From NCBI GenBank assembly GCA_050575255.1, contig JBNZDD010013721.1:8660055-8724054 (forward strand): a DNA stretch of 64,000 bases, written 5' to 3'. The position numbers were made by a program, and so were the translations under genes. Every line of letters starts with the position of its first letter. Positions within the stretch are counted from its first letter, which is position 1. The notes below the pieces were generated by a model. That model made no database searches. It was not told the origin of the DNA and saw only the letters and a program-made list of their open reading frames with translations. Shown in pieces: positions 24,612 to 37,100 of the stretch. This DNA comes from Harriotta raleighana. Lineage: Eukaryota.

Positions 24612-25005
24612 GTCTCCGAGTCAGAAAGTTGTGAGTTCAAGCCCCACCTTGGGACCCACATAATCTAAGATGACTGTCTAATGCGCTCTGAGACGCTCCC
24701 CTACACAGAGGGCGTTATATAAGTGCAAGTTGTTGTGGTAAATGCAGTGTTGGGTTGTTGCAGTGGTGCAATTCCAGAGTTGCCAGCTTTCAAATGAGTT
24801 GTTAGAACTTGGATCTCATCTGCCTGTTGGGGTAGAAGTAAAAAAATTCAATGGCATTGTTTGAAAAATAAGTTTTTCTTGGCATCCTGGCCAACAATCC
24901 TCCCAATAAAATTGATCATTAATTTCTTATCTGTTGGTGCGATACAGCTGTGTGCAATTGGGCTACCGCAATCAGCTTCAAATCACTTGGGATGCCTTTT
25001 GTCAG
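24612..25005 (+). mobile_element. SacSINE1-like DeuSINE with a nested (GTT)-type L2 tail at ~24680-24740
   Basis: Head 'tctccgagtcagaaagttgtgagttcaagccccac..cataatctaagatgac', then an inserted tail, then Deu core 'ctttcaaatgag..atggcattgtttgaa..tcctggccaaca..gctgtgtgcaattgg'. Confidence 0.7.
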
Positions 25006-25024
25006 GAACTCATCATCACGCTAC

Positions 25025-25046
25025 ATATATATATATATATATATAT
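25025..25046. repeat. (AT)n microsatellite
   Basis: Seen directly. Confidence 0.9.
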
Positions 25047-25699
25047 GCCACCTACACATGGAAATTTGTCATATATGCATGGCATTGTGATGGGTTCCTG
25101 ACAAAAGGCATCCCAAATAAAAAAACACAGAAACACATTATCATGCCACCTACACATGATAATTTCCCCATTTGTCTTGAATAGAATATGCTTTCTCTCT
25201 CCCAGGAGGGATGCACCCTGCGTACCTAATTTATTATCAAGCATGGGTTGACAAGAGTTAAGGTTGGATACCCTCGGTTTGTGTATCTGAATCCTTCATG
25301 AATTGAAACAGCCAAAACTGCATAAGCTTGCCTTTGCAAATACTGCTTGGCAAGCTTCCTGCTGTTTGTTCAGGTAACACGGGCTTTCTATGGGCTTTGA
25401 CTTACAGGATTAAGGGGAGCCGAGTGGGAAGAATCCTTGGCCGCATTGTTATTTAACAGTATCTATGTCAGCGTTTATATTTGAATTTGAAATTTATTTA
25501 AATAATAATCATAATTCTTGCATTTGATGTAGCATTTTTCACGTCTTCTGAAAACCTGCTGAACATATCAAAATCTAACTAAATAGCTTCAGGCAAATCA
25601 TTACTTTGGCTTTAGATGTTTGGTAATAGCAACCAGTTGCTGGAATGTTTTTATTGCCGATGAGTTTACAAGCTTCAGAAGAGGAAAGTGGATGAGCTC

Positions 25700-25765
25700 A
25701 GCGCTTTGGGACGTCCTCTCGACGTGAAAGGCGTTATACAAGTGTAATTTTGTTGTTGTTGTTGT
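25700..25765 (+). mobile_element. L2-type 3' tail, (GTT)n variant
   Basis: 'agcgctttgggacgtcctctcgacgtgaaaggcgttatacaagtgtaattttgttgttgttgttg'. Confidence 0.8.
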
Positions 25766-26574
25766 GAGGTGTATTATAATTGCTGAAAGGATACCTGCGT
25801 TTTCTAAATTGAAATAACACCCGAGTTACACATCGGAGAAAACTAAACTTGAATGGGAGGAAAGTTTTTTTTTTCTCGGGGCTGAGATGGAGTAAAGGAG
25901 ACATTAGTTCAATGGATCTTCAATAGGAATGAGTAATTAATTGAATTCATAGCCTGAAATTAAGTGTAGACATTAACCAGGCGAAAGGATTATTTTCTAC
26001 AAAATCAATGATGCAGTCTGTGTGCAGTTGATTAAGAAGAGTAGAGTAATTCACTTGCATAATGTAATCTGTTGCGATAGGTCAACAAATTGGATTTTAA
26101 ACACAAAGAATAAAACATGAATATTCATGGCGCAAATCAAGAGGAAAGAAGCACAAAATATGATTCCTCTCCTTTATATGGTGATTTTAGCTGGAGATGT
26201 GTGTTGATATTAAGGATGTAGCCCAGTTCAAGACAATTGTCAAAGTGAATGACGTTCGATGTTTAAGATGTCAAAACTATGATTTATTTGCTCCCTTGTC
26301 AGCGTTGCATGGGACAGATTTTATGAAATTAGGTGAAATCCAGTTGTATAACAGTGCAAATTGAGAATCACACCTGAAACCATGCTCAAACTAGATGATA
26401 ACGTTCCACTCCAGCCTGCGGACTTCAGCCAGTCATTATAAACACAGCAATAACAGTTCCTTAAAGTTTATTTGGATGGCTTTAGCCCTTCTGCGAGAAT
26501 GTCTAATGCCAAACATCTGTGTATCACTAGCAATGTTACACTATTATCATATTATCCATCTGATTGCTTTCTGG

Positions 26575-26780
26575 GGATAATAATCCCTTCAAAAGAATAT
26601 AATAATAATTTTGGTCCCTCAATCCACCACATGTTTGAGGGACACTGCTGTGCACATTTGGCTGCTGCGTTTCGCCCACACCTTATACAGTCATTTCACT
26701 TTGCAGTATATTCTGTGAGGTGCTTTGAGACGTCTCGAGGACATGATAAGACTCTATATCAAACACATGGATTATTAATG
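26575..26780 (+). mobile_element. Main-family SINE, 5'-truncated
   Basis: 'gataataatccctt..ttggtccctcaatccac..gggacactgctgtgcacatttggctgc..tatcaaacacatggattatt'. Confidence 0.9.
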
Positions 26781-28574
26781 TATATATTTATATGTGATGG
26801 ATGCGATGAGCGTAAATGATGTTAAAATTGATGGGGACGTAAATAACCTACCATTAAATATGATCACATTTGGACTCGATTTATATATTACTGCCACCCA
26901 ATTTATACTTATTGTCACTGAGATGTGGAATGAGATGAAGATGCAGGTGTACTCTAGGCTTGTAATGAGTCTATTTATTTTTTTGTACCCAATCGTTGGT
27001 TCCGTTATTTGCACAGACTTTTTTTGATAGCTAATAGGGTAGAATTATTCATTTCATTCTATTTATGGGTTTATTTTCCAGCAGTATTTGAGTCTGTGAG
27101 TCAAAGTATGTAAAGAGCTGTATAGTAAACCTAAATCCACTGAAGGATTTCACTAACAATATTAAATCGCTTCAAATTTGACTCGTAAAGTAGAAAATTA
27201 ACTTGTTGTTAGGGTAAAATGTTCAATGAGTATGAAGCAATGTAAAATTGTCTGCCTTATTTGGTCTCTAAGCCTTTTATCATTCCTCATTACATCTGCC
27301 ACAGACTCGGAGAAATAACAGCAAGCCACTGAGATAATAAAGTTTCACATCTCAGAACTGGGTCTCCGTGCTCCATGAGATGCCAACAGGAACCAATTGT
27401 AAATGTAACGTGTTATCTTACAAAATTAACATTTTATATCTAAATGTGCACATTGCATGTGCCCAGATTAAGAAGCTGTTCCTTATCAGTATCCTATGTT
27501 AAAGTTGGACCATGAATGCCCCCACAACAGAGCTGAGGTTCAAATATTTGCCTAAATTGTATAGTCTCAGTTCTTTAATTGATTCCCTCCCTCCCCTCGT
27601 TTATGTTCAGACATCTTTCCTCTCCTTCATCCCCTTCGGTTCCACCCCAGCTCAAGTGCCCTATATTGCATTGAAGGTGTTTTGCTTGTTGTTCTTTGAA
27701 GTTCAGTGGGTGATGTCAGAGGTTAAATACTGTACATGGATGCGTTCAGTAACTTTGATTGTGTTATTATTTTGAAAGTATAAATGGATTCACTATGTGA
27801 AGTAGGTGCATTGGCAGAATGCCTTCTATTGGCTTTAATGAGTGGTACTGCCTGCCTTAGTCCACTTGATCTCATGCTTCAACCAGGCTGGTTACAACAC
27901 TACAGCTGAGATTGATAAATGAACACAACTGAGATTGAATAGTTCACCTTCGGGACAGAAATTACTTAATTAGTTGAAACTCTCAGCTTGGTTTCCAAAT
28001 CGATTGTAAATGTTTCAATGAATTAGTTTGCATGAATTAGGACCGTGAATATATGTTGAGTTATGGGCCCATATTATTGGGGTTATTTTAAATAAATATA
28101 TAGATTTTCAAAAGAACTTAAAACCAACAAAATCACATGTGCACCTCTGAGGAAAGATACATCACTCCCCTAGCAAGTTTGGAGGGAGAAAAAATAAACT
28201 CCCAAGCACCAATAGTGGCGCATCTGCCAATAATAAGACTTTGACTAATTTGAGACAGCTGTTGAGTCACTTCACCCTCAGAAAACTTAATAGGTCTGAG
28301 ACCCAGCTGAGCGCATGCAATTCCTGCTAAAACCTCTCTCATAGACAGGAACAAATCAGGTGAAGTGGAGATGAGGTGCTGGAAAGTCCATATAGATTAC
28401 GCTGGGAGTCTAGTTTTTGAGTGTGTAATTGGTTGCCACGTTTCATCAACAAAATACATGGTCAATTCACTTTACAGAATATTCTGTGAAGTGCTTGGAG
28501 ATGTCTCAAAGACATTTTAAGGTGCTATAACCGCTGGGGGTTGGGGGGGGGAGTGAGAAGTTGCCTTATAAATT

Positions 28575-28782
28575 GCCACACCTAATAATAATCCATCCAA
28601 AGAAAACCTATAATAAATTGATCATTTCAATCAACAACTGTTTGCGGGACACTGCTGTGCGTAATTGGCTGCCACATTTCACCCACAAATATACAGTCAA
28701 TTCACGTTACAGTACATTTTGTGAAGCACTTTGAGATGACTAGAAGACGTGAAAAGCGCTATATCAAATGCAAAGGTTATTG
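28575..28782 (+). mobile_element. Main-family SINE, 5'-truncated (a separate tail fragment lies at 28460-28530)
   Basis: Core and tail match 60121-60449. Confidence 0.9.
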
Positions 28783-29003
28783 GGAGGGCAGTCCCCAGCT
28801 TGCAAAAGAGTCGGGCAACATTGTAATAATCTAACAGATGCGTCGATAAGGTCTCAAATACTCTAGGACTTGAAAGGTGTCTGGTCAAGAATTTATAAGA
28901 TGAACTATGAATTTCCTATATTGAGAAGCACCACCAGGGGAATTGGAAAGACAACGTCTGCCTCATTGCAGAAATGTTGCAAAAGCTAGAAACTAGAGCA
29001 ATA

Positions 29004-29577
29004 AAGGTGAAAGGAGCAGTTGGAATAAGTTACTTTGAGCACGGCACATTGGAGAGTGACGGCTCAAAAGGATTTTTGGAAGGGGCTTTAGTGATCAAAT
29101 CATTATGTTCTAATCCCCACTGGACATACATTTAGTAACAAAACTCACACCCCAGACAAGTGTGCTCAATACAATTTGGCAGTGGTTAATGTACGAGGAA
29201 ACAGTGTTATGTTTCTGGCAGGGAACACAAAATATCTGGCCCGCGGCAAGCAATAGCTTGGCCTAGATTACGTGAGCTCAAAGACCCGNTATAAGGTGAA
29301 AGGAGCAGTTGGAATAAGTTACTTTGAGCACGGCACATTGGAGAGTGACGGCTCAAAAGGATTTTTGGAAGGGGCTTTAGTGATCAAATCATTATGTTCT
29401 AATCCCCACTGGACATACATTTAGTAACAAAACTCACACCCCAGACAAGTGTGCTCAATACAATTTGGCAGTGGTTAATGTACGAGGAAACAGTGTTATG
29501 TTTCTGGCAGGGAACACAAAATATCTGGCCCGCGGCAAGCAATAGCTTGGCCTAGATTACGTGAGCTCAAAGACCCG
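29004..29577. repeat. ~285-bp duplication across a single N (probable assembly overlap)
   Basis: 29004-29288 versus ~29293-29577, with N at 29289. The copies appear identical. Confidence 0.9.
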
Positions 29578-29642
29578 ATGTGGGGCTTGATCCCACAAAC
29601 TTCTGACTCCGAGATGAGAGCCCTGCCAATTGAGCCCAAGCG
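29548..29642 (-). mobile_element. SacSINE1-like tRNA head fragment
   Basis: The minus strand reads gcttgggctcaattggcagggctctcatctcggagtcagaagtttgtgggatcaagccccac..gagctcacgtaatctaggc. Confidence 0.75.
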
Positions 29643-30114
29643 AACACCCGAAAGATGCGAGTAGGATTGATGATGGAGGCGTCTTGGTCACCAGATGTTT
29701 GAAACTTTAAGTCCACACTTTCATCGGTAATTGTTGATCCAGTTCTCAATCAAATGCGTGCTTTGTTTTGTTGGTTTGTACTTTTTGCGATTAATGCTTC
29801 TGTTCAGCTTTGGATTGATGAATAATTAAGCGACCCGAAGAATTTGCCAAAGTTAATTCTCTGAATAATTCACGTTTGCTGAAAACCATCTATTTAAACT
29901 TGAACATTTACAGATGTGAAATCTCCGTGAAGAGCAAAGAGGATAATGATCCATAGAGTAGCTGCCCATTCTCCTACTAACCACTTCCGTGTCCTCAATC
30001 CGACCTTCATTCCCAATTTACGGCAAACAGTCAGGAAATACACTGCAGCTAATTGCCACTTGTAATAGTTCAATGATTATTTTAGACTTTCTTTGCGCAC
30101 TATATTATGTATTT

Positions 30115-30139
30115 GTATGTGTGTGTGTGTGTGTGTGTG
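30115..30139. repeat. (TG)n microsatellite
   Basis: Seen directly. Confidence 0.9.
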
Positions 30140-30227
30140 ATGTCCCTTCTTGATGTCCCCTTGCATCAATAATTGTACCTTTTTTTGCATCAGAAATTGC
30201 TGCAAAAATCAGGCAGGAGTTGGAGAG

Positions 30228-30450
30228 AGAGAGAGAGATAAGAAGCGATTGAGTCAGAGAGGTGTCAAGGGAGGCAGTTCCAAAGGTTAGGAGCACAGAA
30301 TGATATAAAGATCAGCCGCATTGTTAGGGCAAGGGTACATAGCGAACCCATGTTAGCTGAGCAGGGCAGGCGAGTAGAGTGGGGTTGGAGGAGATTGGAC
30401 AATGAGTGAAATGCTAGGGCGCTAAGGGATTTACAGATAAGGAACTATCT
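30228..30450 (-). mobile_element. L2 LINE ORF2 C-terminal fragment (decayed)
   Basis: The minus strand gives 'SNLLQ', 'CSAN' (similar to RSLRS) and 'APNLWNCLP'. Confidence 0.65.
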
Positions 30451-32984
30451 GCGCAAACTCTTTTCTTCTCTATGATGGGAGGTGACAATGCCGAATACAG
30501 TATTCACCATCTTTACTCCAATTTATTCTCTAAGCAGAATTAAGGATTGCTCATTTTCTATTTATATTCTCTGGTGCATCATTACCTCGACTAATGAATA
30601 GTTTGCACTAATGCTGTAGTGAAAGATCATTCATTATCTGCTCTCATCTGACCACTTTTCCCCTAATTTTTCTTCTGTTCCGACTGCCTAAAAGGCATTT
30701 ATAGCTTTTAACAATTCCTGCCGAAGACAATATTTTGAATGAACTGCAATTAATTTTCAGATCAGGGATTTTGAGCCTTCATTGAATAAATGCAAGCAGG
30801 GATTTGTCATTTCACTGGTTTCCCTTTAATTAAAGTCTAAAATATGTATCATGGCAGAACATCTGCTATTTGTTCAGGTCATGCAGTCCCCAACGTAAAG
30901 GCAATGTATTATTGCTTGTTTTCCTGTTCTGCTTTTCAATCAAACACCAAAGTTTGTACTTACAATGCAAAACTAATTTATTCATCTTCAATTTGTCACC
31001 ATCTGTCTCCGAGTACTGGTGACAAACTGCCTTCTCCTTTGACTCTCATTTGGTGGCTGTCATAAGCATTTCAGATAAATTTTCAATCTTGTACATTCAA
31101 ATATCCCTGAGGAAACTGCAGATAGTCCATCTTCTGCTTGACATTCAGATTATTCATTGGGATTAACTAATTGATGGTGGCTTCAGTTGATTTTTTTCGT
31201 AGGAGGAGCAGCACAGCATGCAAAGGCAACTGCGTGGTTTACCAACGTGAAGAGCTCTTAATCGTAACAACTCATAAACTCTGCATTGGCCTCAGCCCTT
31301 TGTCAAACATCTCAAAGTACGACGCAGACGTTAATATACAGTGTGTTGTGATGGTGGCTTCCCTCAACCCCCAACTCAGAGTCAGGCTCCACCATTGTTA
31401 AGCGTACTCAGCCACTCCGCCATTGTTACGTGCTTCTCCTACCCCATTCACTATATAAGTGAAAGTTGTTGTTGTTGTTTGGTTGGTCCACAAATAAATT
31501 TTCTTGATTGATTTATGCCACTTTGTGACAGCCATGGGCTGGCCACCACTGGTGTAGTGACTGTGTGTAATTTGCACACAGCATATTCTGGCAAGGCGTA
31601 CGAGACTGCAGTGAGAGTCACGAACACCGATTGCTTTGTTACTCTTCCTATTCCTTCTCCATCAGTCACAACCAGTTGCTGCCTAAATGGCAAAAAGTTA
31701 TTGCCTTTAACATGTGGGTAGGATTCATTCCTGATTTTATTGAATCAATTTGTAATCAAGAGGACTATTTCTCTGATGAGCATCAATTTGGCTGCCCCAT
31801 AATGACACTGACCTTCCCATTACCTTGAAGCATGGCTCATCTGATTGAACTTGTCCCAATTAACCTGGAACATTTGTTTCTGTGTGTGTCTCTGCCTTAT
31901 CTGTTGTGACTCACTGAAGGAACAGGTGTAAATTACAATTAAGGAACAATTCTCAGGCCAAACGCCTAATCATTATAATCCATTGAGGTATTTTATCATT
32001 ACTTCCTAGCCCTGAAATGGCTTTCTCTCCTTCAGACTTGTGCTGTAAGCCTTTAAATCTTCTGCAAATTTTTGTTGCAGGCAATTCTTTTATGGTACAT
32101 CAATTCTTTGCCAAAAAAAAGTTTGTTGTGGACTCCAGTGATATAGTTCATGTGATCAAGGAGTGACGGCTTGTTTTGGCTGAAAGTTTGGAGTGCAAAG
32201 TATAGCACAAAGTTTGGGTTAAAATTCACACAAACCCAACTGTTGATTCTCTCCCCCACTTCCCCCTTTTTAATACGTTTGAAAACATCTCTGCTCATTT
32301 ACTGCTGATTTCTGCTGCATTTCTATATGACTTGGAAACACACAACAGAACCCATCCATGCAAAATCAGATGTAGGCTATTGATCAGAAACAGGCCTGCA
32401 CAGGTGGGCAGATCTATAATTGTCACTTTACTTACAGCATCTCAGATGAAAATGGAAAAGATTGATTGTAGCCCTTAACCACAGGTACAATGAATCATCA
32501 CACTTTTTTAAAAAAGATACACACACATCTAATCATACCTCATCAATTACCCACCTCCAAAGTTAGAGAGAGAGAGAGAGAGCAACCTCACTAATGATAC
32601 CATATTCTCATTCAAACTCCCAATTTGTCAGAGAATCAATCGATCCGGTAAACTGTCAGAAGAATGTTGTCAATCCATCTTGGATGGAATCTGTACTTTG
32701 AACAGTACTTTGCTGTTACAGTACCATTTGTAAACGAATGCCTCAATGACCTTGAAAAACAATCAAGTCCCATGCCTGTTTAATGTGGCCTTGCTGCCCC
32801 GATGATGACTACCCTGCATTATAATTGAAGTGGTGCTGTTCCCATAGAGAGGCAATTTCCCACCACTTAGCAATTCGGGTCTTTTATTTTGCCTCTAAAG
32901 CCAGCAACCCTCAGCATATTTGTGTAACCCTCAGCCCCTACGATCCTCCGATGGCAATGGACTGAGATGCCACTTTCCACACAG

Positions 32985-33125
32985 CTCAGCTGCACAGACT
33001 CTGAGGCACGCAGCACAACCAGAAAATTTAAGTTACGACTTGTGACTCGGAAGCAACTGCTGATCCGTGAAAACACACGGAGCAGCAAGTTGCCCATCGG
33101 CAATTTGGACTCCCTTTTCCCCGCG
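32985..33125 (+). other. Candidate 141-nt exon (unverified)
   Basis: Acceptor ccactttccacacag, donor GCG|gtaagt, and only the phase-0 frame is open (LSCTDSEARSTTRKFKLRLVTRKQLLIRENTRSSKLPIGNLDSLFPA). I do not recognise the peptide. Confidence 0.2.
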
Positions 33126-33552
33126 GTAAGTGAAGCAGAAACTCGAGGCACTTCATGGAAGCTTCAAGCCGACCCTGAAAGCGTCTGACCAAACAAATGC
33201 TGCATTAATTAACACAAAGCCTCACAAAGAAGGCAAAAAATGTCTTGTCTCTACCTTATACCAGCCACTGCCCAATCTCAACAGGCAGGTGTGCGAATTA
33301 ACAGAGCCCTCGAGGGAGTTTCAGAGGCAACCTAAGAAAAAAAAGATCTTTTCCATTCAATTTATTATTTATCCTCGCTCATGCTTTAACAATACGCAGG
33401 ATTCCATTAATTTTCAAATGTATTCATTAAAATTGTTCTCACATTTTTTGGTGAAATCTTTCAGCATCACCAGCATGTAAGGACCTCATGAGAAAGTGGT
33501 ATCTTTCTCTTTGAGTTCCCGATCGACCGACCAGCTCTCCTTGTTTTCGTTT

Positions 33553-33574
33553 ATATATATATATATATATATAT
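33553..33574. repeat. (TA)n microsatellite
   Basis: Seen directly. Confidence 0.9.
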
Positions 33575-33865
33575 TTTTAATGTTCAGTTCTTATTTGAGG
33601 TACAAATGTAGTTACTCAGAATTTTTTACATCTTCTTTGTTACTATTCAGATAAGACCTTCTGCTGTTTCCATATCAATATCTACAGCAATGGATATTTT
33701 TGGGGTGAAAAACAACTTTTATGCTTGTTCCCAAATGAGTAGAAAATATTGTTTTGAGTAGATTTTTTTGGGGGGAGTAGAAAATTTTGTTTCGTTGAAA
33801 CGGAATTTAGTTAATTAACGGAAACATTGAAACATTGCTGAGATGAGCCACCATCACTGATGCCC

Positions 33866-33922
33866 ACTGTGAAGCGCTCCTGGATGCGTGAAGGCTGCGA
33901 TATAAATGCAAGTTGTTGTTGT
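33866..33922 (+). mobile_element. L2-type 3' tail, (GTT)n variant
   Basis: 'actgtgaagcgctcctggatgcgtgaaggctgcgatataaatgcaagttgttgttg'. Confidence 0.8.
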
Positions 33923-34477
33923 CGCTTAAGAGGGAGGTGAGTTGATTTGTACAGAGATGCATTGCTTTCACATACTCAGTAAATCACAAGACTCGCCTCA
34001 TTGAGTCATGATCATGAATTCTGCGATGAGTTGTTTTAAAGGCTTGTTTTTGACAGCAGTCTCCAGTGCTTGACACTATTGTATCCAACCAGTGATTGAC
34101 AGGCTGAAATTTGAAATGCGCCTTAGAAGCTTTTTTGGGGAGAAAAATACACGTTTTATTTTCATCAATGAACGACTGGCGCAGTTATCACCAGCCTACC
34201 TTTCCTACTTCCTATTCTTCAAAGTGACACTTTTATCTTCGGATGATTGATGCTTGCCAGCGTAATAACATATTTAGCACAGAATTATTTCAAAGTGCTT
34301 TGTGCTGCTTTCTATAAAGCAATGAGGAATGTCACTGGAATCTTTTGTACTTCACCTCAATCGTAGTTTATTGCGTTGCACGATATTTTTTGAGCAGATT
34401 CCGTGATTGAGTCTGAACACGTTGAGGCCCATGTAAGTCATGCGTAATGTCAATTTAGTCATAAAGATCTTTGAAGT

Positions 34478-34790
34478 TTAATTTGGCGTTTTACAAAGTT
34501 GTCGAAGTGTCTCAATGTGTTTCACGGGATTGTACTGTAAAGTGCGGTGACTGTATTTGTCGGGAAGCGCAGTAGTCTATTTTCGCCCCCCAAAATCCTA
34601 CAAACAGCTGCGATGTGAATGATCAATTCTATTTGGATGATGATTGGGAGAAAATCTCTTCTCTTTCTGAATAGTGTCATGGGCATCTTTAATATTCCCC
34701 CTGGAACAGGGAAACAGGATCTTGATTTACCCTCTCATCCCAAAAGACAGCAACTCTCAACAACAGTGTTTCCAGCAATGCAGTAGAGTA
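34478..34790 (-). mobile_element. Old Deu-domain SINE, followed by a plus-strand (GTT)-type tail at 34790-34851
   Basis: Tail 'gtctcaatgtgtttcacggga..actgtaaagtg', core 'cctacaaacagc', 'atagtgtcatgggcatctttaa' and 'tctcatcccaaaagacagcaactc'. Confidence 0.7.
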
Positions 34791-36186
34791 AGCTCTCCGA
34801 GATGCCGTCACTGTGGAGGGCGCTATATAAATGCAAGTTGCTGCTGTTGTTATCAGCCACAATGATCTGAAAGTCAAGTTAATTCATTTTTCAAATGATT
34901 CTCTAGTTTTCTACATGATGTCCTGTATGAAATTAGTCTTCTCCACGCGAAAATGAAATGAATGGGCTCTGCATGAGCATTAAAATTATTCTGTCACCTT
35001 TGATTAATTTCTCTGTCTCTATTAAGAAGTAAAGGCCCAAAGTGAAGTGCCTAGAGGGCAATCTCAGGCTAGCTCTCAGTGGCAAAATGTTCAGAGTGCA
35101 AAACGACCCAGAGTTTTGTGATTCAATCGGTCTCGATCCGCATGTCTGCAATCTGTGTTAAGATAATATTCCACTGTTAGAGAGCCTTTAGATTCCCTTT
35201 GTTGATGGATGAAGACAGTGCAAGATCAGATGTGCTTACAATAGGAAATACTTTGGCAGGAGAAAATGTTTCTGAAGTAGAAACTGGACTGAGATCGGGC
35301 AAATTGTTTATTGATTCCATATTTGAATAAGATTACAAAATAAATAACTGAATCTGTAGCAATTGTGGCCTATTGATCAACCATTTAAATCTGGCTCTCC
35401 GTCCATTGCTAATCTTCACTCAAAGGAAGGTACAAAGTGTAGGCTATCTAGGGTTATCAGTGAAGCTAATGCTCCATTCATACTGTTGGAAGTAATTTAA
35501 ATCTTTTCCAGCAAGAAGGCAAATCAGAGAAGCTATTTATGTCAATAGCTCCAAAATTGCAACCTCCAGCAACTCAAGAAAGCTCTGTGCATGCACAAGT
35601 TAACCTTAAGAATTAGTCTGAAAAGTTATTTGGCAATCCGGCAGAGCTTATCTAAAGTGTCATTTGTGAACAGAGACTGAATTGCTGCCCATTGCTGCTC
35701 ATGAATTGCAATAATAGTCTGATTAAAACCAGCTCTGCCCATGCAATTTAGGTAGAAGGCCTCACAACGCAATTCAGTTCAATGTCATGGTTGTGAACAC
35801 GTTCATACTGCATCTCTACTGTTAGTTTGGATTAATGATAAAAATGGTAATCCCTGCATTTAAGATAGTGCCTTATTAATGAGAGAAACATGTGGTATTT
35901 ATAGGGAATTAAAGTAACTGTAACGAGTCCAATATCCTTTACAAGTTTTAAAAAATATCTAAGATTGTTTCATGTTGGGTTGGAAAATATTTTTCACTTC
36001 TGCAATTCTTTAAACTCAGTTGATCCAACGATTCACTATCTGTGTCCTTTTGGACCCCCTGTTTTCTCTTTGTAAATTGACAAGTGAAAGAAACATTGAA
36101 TTGCAAGTTTGGTACATCTTTTACTTGTGATTGGCAAAAATGAATTAACTTGCTTTGGGCATGTGTTGCTGAGGTGTAAACCCATT

Positions 36187-36218
36187 ACTCACCTGAAAAT
36201 AGAAACTTAAAGATCAAA
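36187..36218 (-). other. Recursive-splice-like motif (3' splice site directly followed by 5' splice site)
   Basis: The minus strand reads ttgatctttaagtttctattttcag|GTGAGT. Motif only. Confidence 0.3.
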
Positions 36219-36944
36219 GTGACGCCGAGGAGCTCACTGCTTAATCTTAAAGCTGTCAAACATTTCACTTGAGATCTGAAAAGATTTGACAGTAATAAAT
36301 GAATTTGCAATTCGCCCGAGTGAATTGCAAAGGCGGTTACGCTGGAATAAAAATAATCTGGAGACGTTATATTTTCGATTGATCTCGAAATGGTGGTGAA
36401 ATTTCAGTCGTTGCATCTGCTGGATATCTACTCACTAATTAGCATTACATTTCCAACTGGGGTTATTCTGAACTGAAAACCAAAATAGAATATGTATCGT
36501 AACAATAATTCCTGCGTTTGCAATATATAAAACCACAGGAGTCTTTTACTTTTCCACTATTCTCAGCAAGTTGGTGATTGCACTTTCTCAGCTAACTGCT
36601 TCATCCTGAGTTGTTAGGATCGTGCCCATGAAGAGTAAGACCCATGTTTAACTTAGCTCTGTATTTTGGTGTCGCTAATTAAATCATGCGCTCAATCACA
36701 GGGAAAAGGTTGCATTCAGCACATTAGAAGGATTAACTTATCACTACAGGGGGGAAAAAAAGATTTATTCACAGGTGGATTTGGGAGGTCCGAGGCAACA
36801 TCTGAGAGATGACGGGTCCATTTTAGGATGTGACTTCGATTGCATAGCAATTTAAAGGTACGGAATGGTTTGGTTTTCAAAGTGATGCATAAAGGAAAAG
36901 AAAAGTCAGATACGTCAAACTTTTTGCACCAATTTCTGACACCA

Positions 36945-37100
36945 TGACATATCTTTTAATACCATTTCCTTGTCTTGTCCCTATACCTTTTATTACCCTT
37001 TCTTCTCGAGCATTTATCTCTCTATCTCCCAGATTAAATCAAAACAGGGATGAGTGACTGCTCCTGTACTCCGAGGAAGTTATATTCAGCGGTTGTCTTC
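36945..37100 (-). mobile_element. Decayed CR1 3' end
   Basis: 'ccctataccttttattaccctttcttctcgagcatttatct' resembles the reverse strand of CR1 'LD....KG.KGYG'. Confidence 0.5.

Noticed and set aside
27475-27495. U2 snRNA-like word (ctgttccttatcagt)
   Set aside because: The match is under 20 nt and imperfect, and the flanks do not continue into U2.
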